A stretch of 56,904 bases of DNA, the filler included, from Squatina squatina (taxonomy: Eukaryota), in the NCBI GenBank assembly GCA_031763465.1. It is 4 parts of 3 records of this genome, joined end to end, with 100 filler letters (N's around TTAATTAATTAA, not from the genome) between each part and the next. Parts side by side here need not be neighbours in the genome. Positions count along the whole stretch, not along the records: positions 30,409 to 42,678 come from JARFOE010000149.1; positions 42,779 to 56,904 come from JARFOE010000001.1; 2 more parts are not named here. The stretch is one strand, 5' to 3'. Shown piece after piece: positions 39,970-52,763 of this stretch (its first letter is position 1; every line of letters starts with the position of its first letter). Both the position numbers and the translations under genes were made by a program. A model generated the notes under the pieces. It was not told where the DNA came from. It did not search any database and saw only the letters and a list, made by a program, of their open reading frames with translations.

Positions 39970-40387
39970 GGGCCTGTATTCATTGGAGTTTAGAAGAATG
40001 AGAGGAGATCTGATTGAAACATATAAAATTCTGACTGGGCTTGAGAGACTAGATGCAGGGAGGATGTTTCGCCCTAGCTGGGGAGTCTAGAACCAGTGGA
40101 CACAATCTCGGGATACGGGGTAAGCCATTTAGGACTGAGATGAGGAAAAGTTTCTTCAGACAGAGGGTAGTGAACCTGTGGAATTCTCTACCACAGAAGG
40201 CTGTGGAGACTGAGTATATTTAAGAAAGAAATAGATTAATTGTTAGGCATTAAAGAAATCAAGGGGTATGGGGAGAAAGCGGGAACATGGCGTTGAGATA
40301 GAGGATCAGCCGTGACCGTATTGAATGGTGGAGCAGGCTCGAAGAGCTGAATGGCCTACTTCTGCTCCTATTTTCTATGTTTCTATG
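39970..40387 (+). mobile_element. 5'-truncated CR1 with complete tail
   Basis: GLYSLEFRRMRGDLIETYKIL...RVVNLWNSLP, ending ttttctatgtttctatg. Confidence 0.92.
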
Positions 40388-40823
40388 AGGATTGAATAAT
40401 GGTGCATAAGTAGTGCAGGGTGTTTAGGTAGGAATATCGGGGGGAAACAATTTCTGCCCAATTACCACCATTAAACTCTTTCCTAAATTACCTAATTCTT
40501 TTGCGGCTTCCCTGAGATCTAACATCCAGGCCCTGACTGACTTAATTTGCATATCTCAAAGTGCAGTCCAGTGGTACTGCAACTCCCACTTTCCTGGTTT
40601 AACAATTCTATGCTCTCTGGGTTCGACAGATATTTATGCAGCACAGCAGCTGGCCAGGATCAGCTGATCAAGGTGGGAATGAAGAGCTCCGGACATGGAA
40701 GAGTCAGGAGATTTCCAATACAGATTTGTGCAGCTGGGAAATGTTTTTCAAAGTGATTTTATTTTTGCCATTCTGCCTCCAGACACTTGAACTTGCTTAA
40801 GCACTATTCTATCAGAATACTTT

Positions 40824-42064
40824 GCCTCGAAATTGGCCTCCATAGCGCCTTCCTTTATTGCCGATAACGGTGGCAATAACAGGGTGCTAATGACTTACGG
40901 GCCGGCACGGCGTGGTGAACAACTCCCGCTAACTTCGGTGGGAGGTTTGCTGGGGCGGTAAGACGTTGCACCCTGATTTCCTACACCCAGAGATCGTGAC
41001 TTCATTGCCGTGCGCATCACCCTGGTAGCGCCCCGGACCCGAACTTCAGTCCCACCGCCTCCAGCATCGCCGGGTAAAAACACCGAGAGCTGCAGGAGGC
41101 ATTGCTCGGCAGGTCGGGCGCTTCAGGGGTCAAAGTTAAAGGGGAGGTGGCCAAGGTAAGTACAATATTTCAAAAATGGTGCTTTTCCATTTTCTTGATT
41201 CCTCTTCGGCTGTGATCGATCAACCCGGCACTCAGCTGCAGTTTATCGGGCTGATCGGACCAGACCGTGGCTGCCAATTGGGGCCAGCTCACTGGTTGCA
41301 ATGCAGAGTCTGCAGCGATGGCCCTTCCCTTTAATGGAGGGAAGGAGCCTCAGAACTCGTCCCTGGAGCGCAAACATAAAGGGAGCCCAATTGATCTGTT
41401 GTAGTGTCATGGTAGCACCGAAGAATGGCACTACCCGGGTGCTAAAACAGCGCAAGGGTCAATTCTTTAGTTTTGCGGTATTGGGCATGGCGCCCCGGCG
41501 GCGCAAATACCTCTTTGCCAGGGACACTATTGGCGCAGCGGGTCGACGCACAACGTCATCACGTCATGCACCGACCCTATAGTGTCGCCCCGTGACCCTC
41601 TTTGGCGTCACCAGCGAGCCGCAGCCGGCATTGGTCCACAGCTCACCGGTGAGGCCAAACGGCCACCAGTGCCGCTTTGCAGATTTGCCGGCATGCTCTC
41701 TGGCATTTGCCGGCATTTTGCTGCCCCCAACCCGGCTGCCTGGTGGCCCAGTGGCGGGCCCCGAGGCTCCGCTGTTTCAGCCGGCGGCCCTCCCCTTTTA
41801 AGGCAGGGGGCGCGGGCCACGGCTGACACATGCGCATGAGCCTCGCCACATTGGCGACGCTAGGCCGCACTCCCCTGGAACTCATGGGGTCAGCACCGGG
41901 TCAGCACCAGAACAATGCTTCATTAGCGCTGACACGTTGCGCTGACCCGGAAAAGAAGCGAAGACTCCAATTCTGGGGCAGAAGTCATCGCTTCGGGGCC
42001 AACGAAAAAACACTGAGGCCTGGATGAATGCAGCGGCCGATTCTGGGACTGTTCAATTGGGGCC
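40824..42064. mobile_element. 1.24-kb CpG-rich non-autonomous Harbinger-like element
   Basis: Termini gcctcgaaattgg and ttcaattggggcc. Two internal palindromes (41320, 41786). gtggccaag|gtaagt at about 41147-41161 resembles the Myb exon donor. No long ORF. Confidence 0.65.
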
Positions 42065-42520
42065 TCATTGTTCTTTAATCCCTATGATTCTTTCCCTGTG
42101 ATATAACTATCAGATATACTATGACCTTTCTCATGCTGAATCAATGGGAAAACTGTTTTATAACAAGGATGTTAAGCTCCGATGTCTTAAGCTAGGTATT
42201 AGTTAGGTATTGAGTAGGACACAAAGATACATTATAGATATATTTCATTAAAATGAAATGTGTGATCTTTTAAATACTTTAGCTAAAGCGAATTGAATTG
42301 CTGATGTTTCCAGCAACAATAGAGTTCACTTAAGACCAGATTCATGCAATCTTAACTGACAGCACAGGTTTTTAAACTACTGTTTATTTTAAATATTGGC
42401 ACAATATCAATTTCATGCCATTGTGTGTCCGTGCCTCATTTAATAGATGTTAGATCTATACCATTTCACCAGCAACATCTAATAACAGACTACTGCTAAT
42501 ATATCAACTTCCAAAGATAG

Positions 42521-42598
42521 GCACATAAACTAGGCTGACACTGCAGTGCAGTACTGAGGGAGTGCTGCACTGTTGAAGGTGCCATTTTTTGGATGAGA
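42521..42598 (+). mobile_element. DeuSINE-type SINE body, interrupted by a CR1 tail
   Basis: taggctgacactgcagtgcagtactgaggggagtgctgcactgttgaaggtgcc continues the head seen at 20115-20202. Confidence 0.75.
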
Positions 42599-42678
42599 TA
42601 GAAACATAGAAAATAGGAGGAGTAGGCCATTCAGCCCTTCGAGCCTGCTCCGCCATTCAATATGATCATGGCTGATCA
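42599..42678 (-). mobile_element. CR1 3' tail
   Basis: tagaaacatagaaaatagg...gtaggccattcagcccttcgagcctgctccgccattcaat. Confidence 0.85.
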
Positions 42679-42722
42679 NNNNNNNNNNNNNNNNNNNNNN
42701 NNNNNNNNNNNNNNNNNNNNNN

Positions 42723-42734
42723 TTAATTAATTAA
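42723..42734. other. Artificial six-frame-stop linker
   Basis: 44N + TTAATTAATTAA + 44N. Confidence 0.97.
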
Positions 42735-42819
42735 NNNNNNNNNNNNNNNNNNNNNNNNNNNNNNNNNNNNNNNNNNNNTGCCTGTGTCTCTGTAAAGCTG
42801 AAGATATAGAGGGTGAGAG

Positions 42820-42846
<27 letters not shown>
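42820..42846. repeat. (TC)n microsatellite
   Basis: About 13 perfect units. Confidence 0.95.
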
Positions 42847-42851
<5 letters not shown>

Positions 42852-43342
42852 GGTTTGTCAAGTTCTCAGACGGTCTTGTATTTCTTTTAATTCCCACTGT
42901 CTAAATTGAAACATTGATAAAACACACGTGCATCCACAATAAAGCGAGCCTGTCTTATGATTACATTCCCATCCTTCGAACAAAAACTAACAGATAAAAG
43001 CTAAAAATTATATAAAGAAATTAACATAAAAGTAAATAAACAGCAGTACCTTCTGATTAACATTGTTCTTACAGAATGACATAGCACAAATATATACACT
43101 CACTGTTCAATGTGAAGAAAAAAATATAGCCCACTGCATGTGGCATGATTTTCTGCTGAAGTACTGCAATTTTGTATAAAAGTGGGATTGAAAATGTTGG
43201 TCTTCGAGCAGATCTGAGCTAGAACAAATCACTTGTCCTATTTATAAATTCACAAATGTTTCTAACAAGGACAAATGTGGGCCAGAAACCCATAAAGTCT
43301 TCTAACAGAAGATGAGTTTAAGTAGCTTTAGTGCATACGCAC

Positions 43343-43550
43343 CTCTCTTAGAGGAATAATAAGACTGCACAGGCTTTCCTCTTTACTGGTGAAGCAGATA
43401 TAATTAGTAGAAACAAACATCTGACCCACGACGTGCATTTTACTGAATGGTGTCCAAAGGGTGCAGTCTGTGTGCCCATCCAGACGCTCATCTTTAGGAA
43501 GTCGGAATAAAGCCCTGTAGCGCTCACTTTTTGCTCTAGCATCAAGATCC
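43343..43550 (-). CDS. TBC1D9: TBC1D9 exon, second GRAM domain
   Basis: 208 bp, acceptor ctgaAG, donor GTGCGT, phase compatible with the preceding exon (CG|G). Encodes DLDARAKSERYRALFRLPKDERLDGHTDCTLWTPFSKMHVVGQMFVSTNYICFTSKEESLCSLIIPLRE. Confidence 0.95.
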
Positions 43551-44550
43551 CTTCAGTTTCAGAAAAATAATTTGGAGCAACGAGGTGGTGAAGTGATTTT
43601 GATCGTCTCTGGTACCTAAGTTATCTCCAGTTCAAAGTGACAACAAGAATGTCTCTCCACTGGCTATAATAGTTTTGCTTAAAATGTGTATGGGGAACTG
43701 TAATCCTGTTAGGAGTGGCAAAGGCCCGCAGAACATAACTGCCTTATTCAATGCCAATTGGTCATCTCACTCAAAGAAGTCCAAGGCGGGATGCCTGGGA
43801 TACTGGTGCAGNNNNNNNNNNNNNNNNNNNNNNNNNNNNNNNNNNNNNNNNNNNNNNNNNNNNNNNNNNNNNNNNNNNNNNNNNNNNNNNNNNNNNNNNN
43901 NNNNNNNNNNNAACCACCATTTTAGTGTCCATTCTTTTCTGTGGGCAAAATGAGAATTCTAGCCCGAGTTCTACACCTGGAGCCTTCAGAGAACCCACGC
44001 CTGCGCTAACCAATTTTGCCCCACCTTGAGCCATCCCAATCATTTGCATGTGCACACCAGTGAAGAGGTGGGCATAGGGAATGGCAACCCCCAACCCAAC
44101 ATAAAACTGGGCAGAGCAATGGTAGAAGAGCCACCAGATTGTGCTGCACTGTCACTACACTCCTAACATCACCCCTACAAACTTGGACTTTTGGGGCAAG
44201 TGTGACTAATGAGGTTCTTAAGTCTGTCAAAACATGAAAGACACTAGCATGAGAAAATCACATTTAATGGAGTTCTGTATTATGTCAAAGGTCAGCTGTT
44301 CTGTCAACTAAGCAAAATGGAGATCCCTGATTAGTAATAGGCTCTATAAACAGGTCTAACACCACACTGCATTCTGCCCTTCCCATTTAGAGGTAATTTT
44401 ATTTTTTGAAGCTGTAGGTATAAGCATGTAAGCAAGTCTTTAAATATAAATAACTGACAGTAAAACAAGTCACAGGTCTTCACTGACTCCAGGTAGAATT
44501 ACACAATAGTCAAGTATGAGCTTTCTAAATTAAATTGCTAAATTACTTAC

Positions 44551-44693
44551 CGTTTTAACACAGAAACCTTCTGAGGAGACTTTTTCTTTAGTCTTGGAAG
44601 TGATCGGTCTTCTTCAAAGCCTTCATTATCAAGAAGCTGCCTCATGGCAATATTGGCTAGTTGTTCCATTAGTTTAAAGGTTTCACCAATATT
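44551..44693 (-). CDS. TBC1D9: TBC1D9 exon, 5' part lost in gap
   Basis: NIGETFKLMEQLANIAMRQLLDNEGFEEDRSLPRLKKKSPQKVSVLK(R), donor GTAAGT. DNEGFE.DRSLP favours TBC1D9 over TBC1D9B. Confidence 0.93.
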
Positions 44694-44793
44694 NNNNNNN
44701 NNNNNNNNNNNNNNNNNNNNNNNNNNNNNNNNNNNNNNNNNNNNNNNNNNNNNNNNNNNNNNNNNNNNNNNNNNNNNNNNNNNNNNNNNNNNN

Positions 44794-44868
44794 TCAGGAG
44801 TGTGATGGAATACTCTCCACTTGCCTGGATGAGTGCAGCTCCAACAACACTCAAGAAGCTCGACACCA
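44794..44868 (+). mobile_element. LINE RT C-terminal fragment (CR1-group, second family)
   Basis: RSVMEYSPLAWMSAAPTTLKKLDT. Confidence 0.75.
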
Positions 44869-45359
44869 CCAAATAACTGAATATAAAAACAATTATTAAA
44901 AAAGTACAACAGTTTTGTCAGCAAAACATCGAAACACTTGATTTTGTAAATATCTGGTAATTAACTGATAGAAAAGTTGCACCAGAAGTCTGCAAGTGGG
45001 GGAAAAAAAGGCTCCTATCAAATTGTTTTGACAATAATCATGTTGCTGTATTTCAGCAAAATATGCCTTCATGTGCTCGGTGTTGTCTGTAGGCGGTTAT
45101 TCTTCCAATTAGAAAACAGTCATACTTACCTAATTTATAGGTTAAAAGCATTTTTACAAACAATTTTAACCATTAATCCTACTTTTAAAAACTTAAGCAG
45201 TTATAATAATTTATTTAGTTTAATATCCTTCTGTGCATTTTTATTTTGTTAACTATTTGAACATGTTTCTTAAATTGAGTATGGGGAGAACAAATTGAGG
45301 GAATTAGCTCAGCAGTCACTATGGTGATGCTGTAAGGGAGCTGTAATATCAGCAGACAC

Positions 45360-45621
45360 GGCCCATATTTTAACTCCAGGTGGATTCCTCGCTCAGGCCA
45401 GAGTTAAAGTGACAGTCGGGTCTCAATGATGTCATCGGATGCCAACATGCATGTATAAAGAAGGACCCTATTGGCTCCAGTGTGTGTCCTTGATACTGGC
45501 TAAGGAAGCAAGTTAAAATTGCAGATATTATGATCACAGCGACTTTCAGATAGGTGAACAGCCAGGGCTTAACTGCCCACCAGTCAGGTTTCTGCTGAGC
45601 TAGTAGAGTTAAAATTGCCCC
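45360..45621. mobile_element. About 260-bp MITE with terminal inverted repeats
   Basis: attttaactc (45367-45376) and gagttaaaat (45606-45615) are perfect inverses; the right end is aaaattgcccc. Confidence 0.6.
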
Positions 45622-45971
45622 ATAGTCATCAACTCAGAGTATAAAATCTGGTCATTTTAGCTCTGTTAATTCAGATCGCACACTGTTTAACTTATTAACC
45701 CGAGTCACTTACCTTGAGTCTCATCAGCATTCTCTACAAACGTAGATGGTGGCAGGGGGCCACCACACTATTTAGCTTATTTTGCTTGAGTTACCTTAAC
45801 AAGGTTTATCAGCATTCTACACTGAGGGTTGCAGTGGGGAAAAAAAGCTGTAATTTATATATTAATGATTAAGAGTTGTAAAAGAACAGTGCAAACTCCA
45901 ATGATAAATAGTGAATTGGCTACTTTAAAAAAAAATTCAAATTGAAGATAAACTGCAAAAGAATACTACAC

Positions 45972-46200
45972 CTTCTTTTCCCAGCAAAAATGAATAAAAG
46001 CATAGATGGTTGATGCTGAGATACATCCAACCCTGTCGTGGAACCCGACCCTTCCAATAACTGCAAGAGTAGTAGTTAACCAGCTTTTCTTCTTCTGGCA
46101 TCCCAAAGAGCTTACGAAACTTCAAAATAGCTTCCTTAAACTTATCGGTGTCATCATCCTCCTTTACATCATTATTTTTATTGTATTCTGCAATTATACC
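45972..46200 (-). CDS. TBC1D9: TBC1D9 exon, first GRAM domain
   Basis: 229 bp, acceptor ttattattAG, donor GTGTAG. Encodes [76 protein letters not shown]. Confidence 0.96.
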
Positions 46201-46535
46201 CTAATAATAAAAAGAAATACAAAGAGCAAGTTCAATTTAATGCCATACTATATTAAAAACACAAGTTACAAATGACAACTTTATCTTTTCAAAAATGATA
46301 AAAATGAATTAAGAGAAAAACAAAAGAATTAAGTCTATTTATATCTATCGATCTGATTGTAGAAAATTTCATTCCTAAGTTGTGCATCAGTATATAGTTA
46401 TTGTGGTTATAAATAAATTGGTACATCCATTCTTATTTGAACATATCAGTATTCTGCCTTAATATTTTTCTATATTATAAATTCTTCAATGCTTTCATCT
46501 TTCTATTCAGTTTTAGTATTGTTTTGGTTGGCTAC

Positions 46536-46654
46536 CTGTATTTTACCCTTGACAAATGTAGTGATATCATTTTCATTCTCAAAGATTGAAAGTGTCTGTA
46601 GTAGATTGTGCTCCATCCATTCCCAGTGTTCAGTTATTTCCTTTCTTGAGCCAC
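46536..46654 (-). CDS. TBC1D9: TBC1D9 exon, N-terminal region
   Basis: 119 bp, acceptor gtttccttAG, donor GTAGCC. Encodes (G)GSRKEITEHWEWMEHNLLQTLSIFENENDITTFVKGKIQ and joins in frame to 46200. Confidence 0.95.
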
Positions 46655-46785
46655 CTAAGGAAACAATACAATTGCAACTATTAAGTGATCAACTTTAACC
46701 CTTTCTGCTCAAATCAAATATATTCGAAAACATGTTATCATCACCATTGAAATTATATTTAGGAATGTTAACAAACATCGAGCAG

Positions 46786-46884
46786 TTCTATCGCTGTTCC
46801 TTCGTCATCACTGGGTCAAAATCCTGGAACTCCCTCCCTAACAGCACTGTGGGAGTACCTTCACCACAAGGACTGCAGCGGTTC
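46786..46884 (+). mobile_element. LINE 3' fragment (CR1-group, second family)
   Basis: GSKSWNSLPNSTVGVPSPQGLQRF. Confidence 0.75.
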
Positions 46885-49800
46885 NNNNNNNNNNNNNNNN
46901 NNNNNNNNNNNNNNNNNNNNNNNNNNNNNNNNNNNNNNNNNNNNNNNNNNNNNNNNNNNNNNNNNNNNNNNNNNNNNNNNNNNNGATTTGACAAGAAACA
47001 ATGCAATCACAACAAGGCGAATCCTTTGACAGATTTCGATACAAAATAAAAACCTGAAAATATTTGGAGATTTTCCTCTTTGGTGGCAATCTTGAACTGT
47101 GGTGAGGCTTTGCTTAGTCTCCAACCATGACTCTCAATGGGCACACTGGGAGGTTTTCTTCGGTCAGCTAATTTAAATATTTTTAGTTGGGCTCTTGCAG
47201 GATTTTCTAGTGGAGTCAAGGAGGCTGCCTCGTGAGTGGGGGGAGTGAATGGTCGGAAGGTGATTGCTGTGGACCTCAGGCACTTGCAGTAGCTGAGCAT
47301 GGCTGGGGCAATTTAAGACAGTGTTGAGCTTTTAAACAAATTTTAAATTTGGCCACGCTGGTTGAGTGCAATTTATCAACTTGTTCTCAACTACACTCAT
47401 CTTAAGCGTCATTTAAAATTGACACCCCCACCACCCCAGAAATATAGGACACCAGAGCACTATGGCATTCCTACCACCCACTGCTGCTCAAGGCACAAAT
47501 GAAGAAAGATATGTTGGATTTACATGGCAATTTCGTACACCCCCTGAAATACGGACGAATGTATTCGCAGCCGTCCCATCACTTCCAGTGGAACATCCAA
47601 CTCCCCAGCCAATCTCCCGTCCCAGCCTACATCTATACCATTAAAAAGCAGGTCGCTTAAGCAAGGGTAATATTGCTCAATGTGACGAGAGGGAAAACAT
47701 TTCCATTTTAACAAAATATTACGTGAATACTCCGGTTTAATGAATTCACAGAGAACACAACAATGTAAACCTGAATGATGGATAATCCTGAAGTTATCAT
47801 ATTTACTAACCATTAACATCTTGCAATATCACACAAATTGCCTCAGTGTGCCAGTGAATGGAGAAAAGGGCATTAAGATAAGAAACGGATCAAACACAAT
47901 TTTCACCTTTCCTTTAGCTTCCACAAATGATCATTATCATGACATTTGTGAGGGTTTAACAGACTGCTGCTGGAGTAATGAACAAATCTTATACAACTTA
48001 TTAATTATTGTGTGTTTTACTTTTTCTTCTACTATTAAATATACAAGACTGTATTAGAAATATTAATGTTTAATGTTCCACTTAACTATTATAGTTGTTT
48101 CATTGCAAATAAAGAGAGGGATAGAAAGATTGGATTAAGAGAGAGAAAGAAAAAAAGACATTAAGGAAAAGTAAGAATACATGTAAATTGATCAGAAAGT
48201 TCTGAAGATTCGCAATTCAGTACTTTTTAATCACCTGAACTTGCCAGCCGATTTGCACATTAATTACAGCATGTGTTGTTAACATCCTTCTCATTTTCCA
48301 GCAAGATCTGACCCACTATCTTTATTATTTTGCAGCAAGGTTAACCACAATTGTGAAGCTGTCTCCACACTGCTCAATTTGATCATTATTTTTTTCATTG
48401 CAATAAACAGAGCTCAGACAGTTGGGGCTCAAAAAGCCAGGTAGGTAGCTGAAATGAGTTGCTCGTGGTTTAGACTTTACCTCTGGTGGTCGCTCAGGGT
48501 GAAACTTGTTTATCTCCATAGTGGGAAGGGAAATTTAGATGCTGAGGTCAGAAACCAGAATTGTAGTGCACAGCAACATTCAGCTTGCATTCAACTGGGG
48601 ATTGAATTCCACTCCATTCAGGAAGAAAAGGGGATGACAATGTTTGTTCTTTCAGACCAGCTCTCCACTGACATCAGCTGAGCGGGAATTAGTGCCTCCA
48701 TTAGATACAAAGAGCTGGAAATTGCATAAAGCCCCCTTTGTCAGGGAGCGCAAAAGGATGGCCAGACGAAAAGAATTTTTTTCTCCCAGAAAGTGGAGTG
48801 CTAAATCAAGCACTATCACTTCCCTTAGAGTGCGAAGTGAGTGAGAGGGGCAGTAGCAACAGCGTGATGCACGATGACCCATGCAGCGCTGCTGTCTTTA
48901 GAGGCTCTTTCCCTCACTTAATGGGAAGGGCCAATGTTGGTTTCAGTTGAAGCTCATAATATCTCTGTGGGGTCATGGGACCTGCACTATGTGCCTAACA
49001 GCCCCAAACACTCTAAGAGAGAGCAGGGCTGAGGAATCACGGTGTCAAAACGAAGCAGAAGGCACCGGAATTGGAAGATTTTAACAATGTTGCCCTATCT
49101 GACCAAGCAGCCAGGCAAGGTGACGATACCTCCTGCAGCCGCCGCCGTGAATTGACTGGCAATGCTGCGGAGGGCAGGAGTAAATATTACGTTTGGGGCA
49201 GTAACAGGGTGCTGCGCACCAGGTGAGATCACGATCTACAGGGGGCAAGAGAGCGAGGTGGCAAGTGCTGGCGCCAATGCAAAACTGCCAGGGAAGTTCG
49301 TGGGTGTCGGAGATTTCATCGCACCCGTCCTGTAAACCCTTAGAGNNNNNNNNNNNNNNNNNNNNNNNNNNNNNNNNNNNNNNNNNNNNNNNNNNNNNNN
49401 NNNNNNNNNNNNNNNNNNNNNNNNNNNNNNNNNNNNNNNNNNNNNGAGTTTCCACAACTGTGATAATAGATATAGGGCATAAAAAGCAGGCAACCAGAGC
49501 ACTGAGAAAAGATCTGCAGGCAGCTAGAATGATCTCCCTTGCTCAGCCAGGCTGTGGATAACTTAGCAGTGTCAATCACAATGCTTTACTGATGCTCAGT
49601 AAATATATGCCACTCTGAGGAAAAGACTAAAGTAGATTAGGGACAGAGAACAGCACACAGATAGATGCTGGCGTCATGACTTCTGAAAGCTAGGGTGGGA
49701 AGAATTAAATTAAAGAGAAGCTAATGGAGCGTCCATCATACATTTTCTTTACATTCAAAGATGAAGGGTGTCATCTGCTGAGGAGTGAAAGCTGACTTCA

Positions 49801-52763
49801 GATGAATCTAGAAATGCAAATAGAGTGCCACAAAATTTAACTGTAATGAGCAATGAACACATGTGCTTAGATATTTACCCGAGGTTAATACTTGGAGGTA
49901 TTGTGAACACTTTGACGCACCAGAGTGCAATGAAATAAGTATAACCATCTTCAGAAGTTTGTATCAACATGTCTGTCATATGAACAAGAATAGACACATA
50001 CTGTAGCAGAAGACTGCGATTATGAGGGTAACTAGACTGGTTTTGCTCAAGTCGGCAAATGCAAAAAATCAAACTGGTTAATTCTGCTTCATTCTAATCC
50101 TTGCCATACCTTACAGGAAAAAANNNNNNNNNNGATGATTTTGTGTCAATAGGACATCTTTGCTTTCATGACCTGCCACCAACCTATTACTCAATATCCT
50201 TACGGGGGAGTCAGCTTGATGGAAAAAACCCTCACATAAGTTTTAAGCGCTAAGTAACGTCTGGTGTGCAACACTGAACTTGAACTTTTAGATCATCATT
50301 GATCTAAAGGTCAATGTGGTGGACATACTGACCTTTCACCATGTTTACCATACAGTTGATGAGGAAACTGAGGCTTGGGAATAACAGCTGCCAAAATGGG
50401 TTATCTGGTGGCCTGGTATGAGAACATGTAGCCTTTTTATGTTCAAGGTTTGAAAGCTAATATGATTATCTCACAGTAAGGCAAGCAGTTGCTTCTGAAA
50501 TTCTGGACCTCCAACAGCTGGAGGGAACCATGCTTCAATGGGGTATGGTGTACACCTATGTGCTGTCAGGATGATGATATCAATACACTAATTTTATGAT
50601 AAGTTATGCTGCTCACTATGCCACTCGTGAGCAGTTCCTGGTACCTACTGGCAGCTTTGCAAGGACTCAAATCCACATTTATCAGTTGTCTAATGTCAAA
50701 TCAGTAACTATCCTAGTTGGGGAAAGATAAGCAGGCTCTCTCTGGGGTCAAGTTGGCTCCAATGCTGTGTCCACCGATGGAAGAATAGAACAGGTTCAAG
50801 CACCATGGCAGATTCAGTAATCTGATATTTAAGCCAGGCAGATTTCTAGTCCACTGTTGTCTGATCAACCAGCCTGGCTCATTAATGAGCAAATAGATTT
50901 GTCAAAGGCAAGAGTATTTTCCACTTGGTTCCTGCTACCGTTGCAAGCTACTGACCTAATCGGAAGGATGGTCCGAACTCAACAAGCAGTGGGTAGCTTA
51001 CCAGTAGAGATAATAAGAAAAAGAAAACTGAAAATACAGCAAATCTGAAATAGAAACAAAAAATGCTGGGGATTTGTCAGCTTCTGAAAATACATTTTCT
51101 GCCTTTTTTTCTTTTTCAGATGCTGATGGACCTGTTGTGCATTTCTGTTGCTTACCACTGTTCTATGCTACTAAAGCCAATGGTTTTAGTGGGTTAAACT
51201 CCAGCAATAGCCCTGCACACCCCTGCGAGGTCCCTAAATTTTAGCTCTTTGGCTCCTGAACTTAAGGTAAATGGAACATGTCCCAATGGGGAGTGTGTGT
51301 GAACTCCATATCAAGTAAACAGAAACTGAATATTTCAGTACCTTGGTTTAGAGAGACTTAAGCATGATGATCAGTTTCCATACATCAGACCCCAGGGAAA
51401 CCAAGCAAAATGTGATTTGCTCTTCCCATGTTATATAAAGTTACCTCCCCTGAACTAGTTTATGATTTTTTTTCAATTTCTCCCCATCTTTCTTGAGGGT
51501 GGTGGCTTAGATTAGGTACTGTTCTACAGGCATCTTGTCCACAGGTCCATTCTTCATGTGTTTGCCCATAACTGTAAGTGTTGGCCGTTATTCAACTGTG
51601 GCGTAGCCAAAAAATGTGCATGCATGCTTAAATGAAGGANNNNNNNNNNNNNNNNNNNNNNNNNNNNNNNNNNNNNNNNNNNNNNNNNNNNNNNNNNNNN
51701 NNNNNNNNNNNNNNNNNNNNNNNNNNNNNNNNNNNNNNNCGCTGCCGGGATCGGCGCTGTACCGGCTGCAGAGGCGTCTCCTGTGGGCGCCACTGCAAAC
51801 ATGCTTGTCAATTTGGCGCTGGGCAGGACCCAGCGCCAAAAACCTAAGAAACACCTTAGCGTCCCAGGAGCACATCCAACGGGTGAGAATGGGGCGCTAA
51901 GACTCCATGAATTTTCAAATGAGATTTGAAATTTCACAATAATGTGGAAATGAAGGAAGCAGGAATGCATTTTTAAAGAGCACGACCCAGGTGCCATACT
52001 GCTACTGACACTTCAACAAAGGACTGGATCTTCAGTCGCCCTTCACAAATCTCAACATTAGAGTATGTATTTTTCAGTCCACAGACAGATGTTAGACTGA
52101 AATGGCCACTTGTGTTCCAGTGGAGCTCAGTTTGAAATTCTGACTGAACAGTGACTTCAAGTAACATACAATTGCAGAGATGTAAAAATGTCAAGTATTA
52201 AGCCAATTATCTTGATACCATAGAGGTAATCTCTTCCACTTCTCATTGTACGCCTTTCAAGAGGAAGCTTTTTCAGGATGCTAAAGAGACATTTATCACT
52301 GATGATAAAGCTCTTAAAATCTGTTCTTCTCAAAAGAAGTGCCTCAATGGAGGCCCCAAGAGGGATTGTGCAAATTTGTCCATTCATCTGAGACAACAAT
52401 TCTGCACTATGATTGGCACACAGCTGCCTCAGGTTCAAGAAGCATGATTTTTTTGATCACTAGGGGATAACGGGGTTACCATTGGTCTTTCTGCATAAAC
52501 CATTTGTGTAATTCTTGGTTCAGAGGAAACACATAGAGGACATTCCTTCCCACTAGGAGATAAAACCGTTGAGGGCTCCAGGTCAGCAGACTTAATCCCT
52601 GGGACAAACCTGTCCGATTCTTGGGCTGAAAAGGTGCTAGAATGTCTATTCTATGTGTTGAAANNNNNNNNNNNNNNNNNNNNNNNNNNNNNNNNNNNNN
52701 NNNNNNNNNNNNNNNNNNNNNNNNNNNNNNNNNNNNNNNNNNNNNNNNNNNNNNNNNNNNNNN

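Noticed and set aside
40824-42064. CpG-island promoter or bacterial contamination
   Set aside because: Sharp TIR-like ends, motifs shared with other dispersed elements, and no coherent ORF.
49875-50072. Missing TBC1D9 exon 2
   Set aside because: MLIQTSEDGYTYFIAL only superficially resembles the expected sequence, while the other TBC1D9 exons are near-identical to their orthologs.
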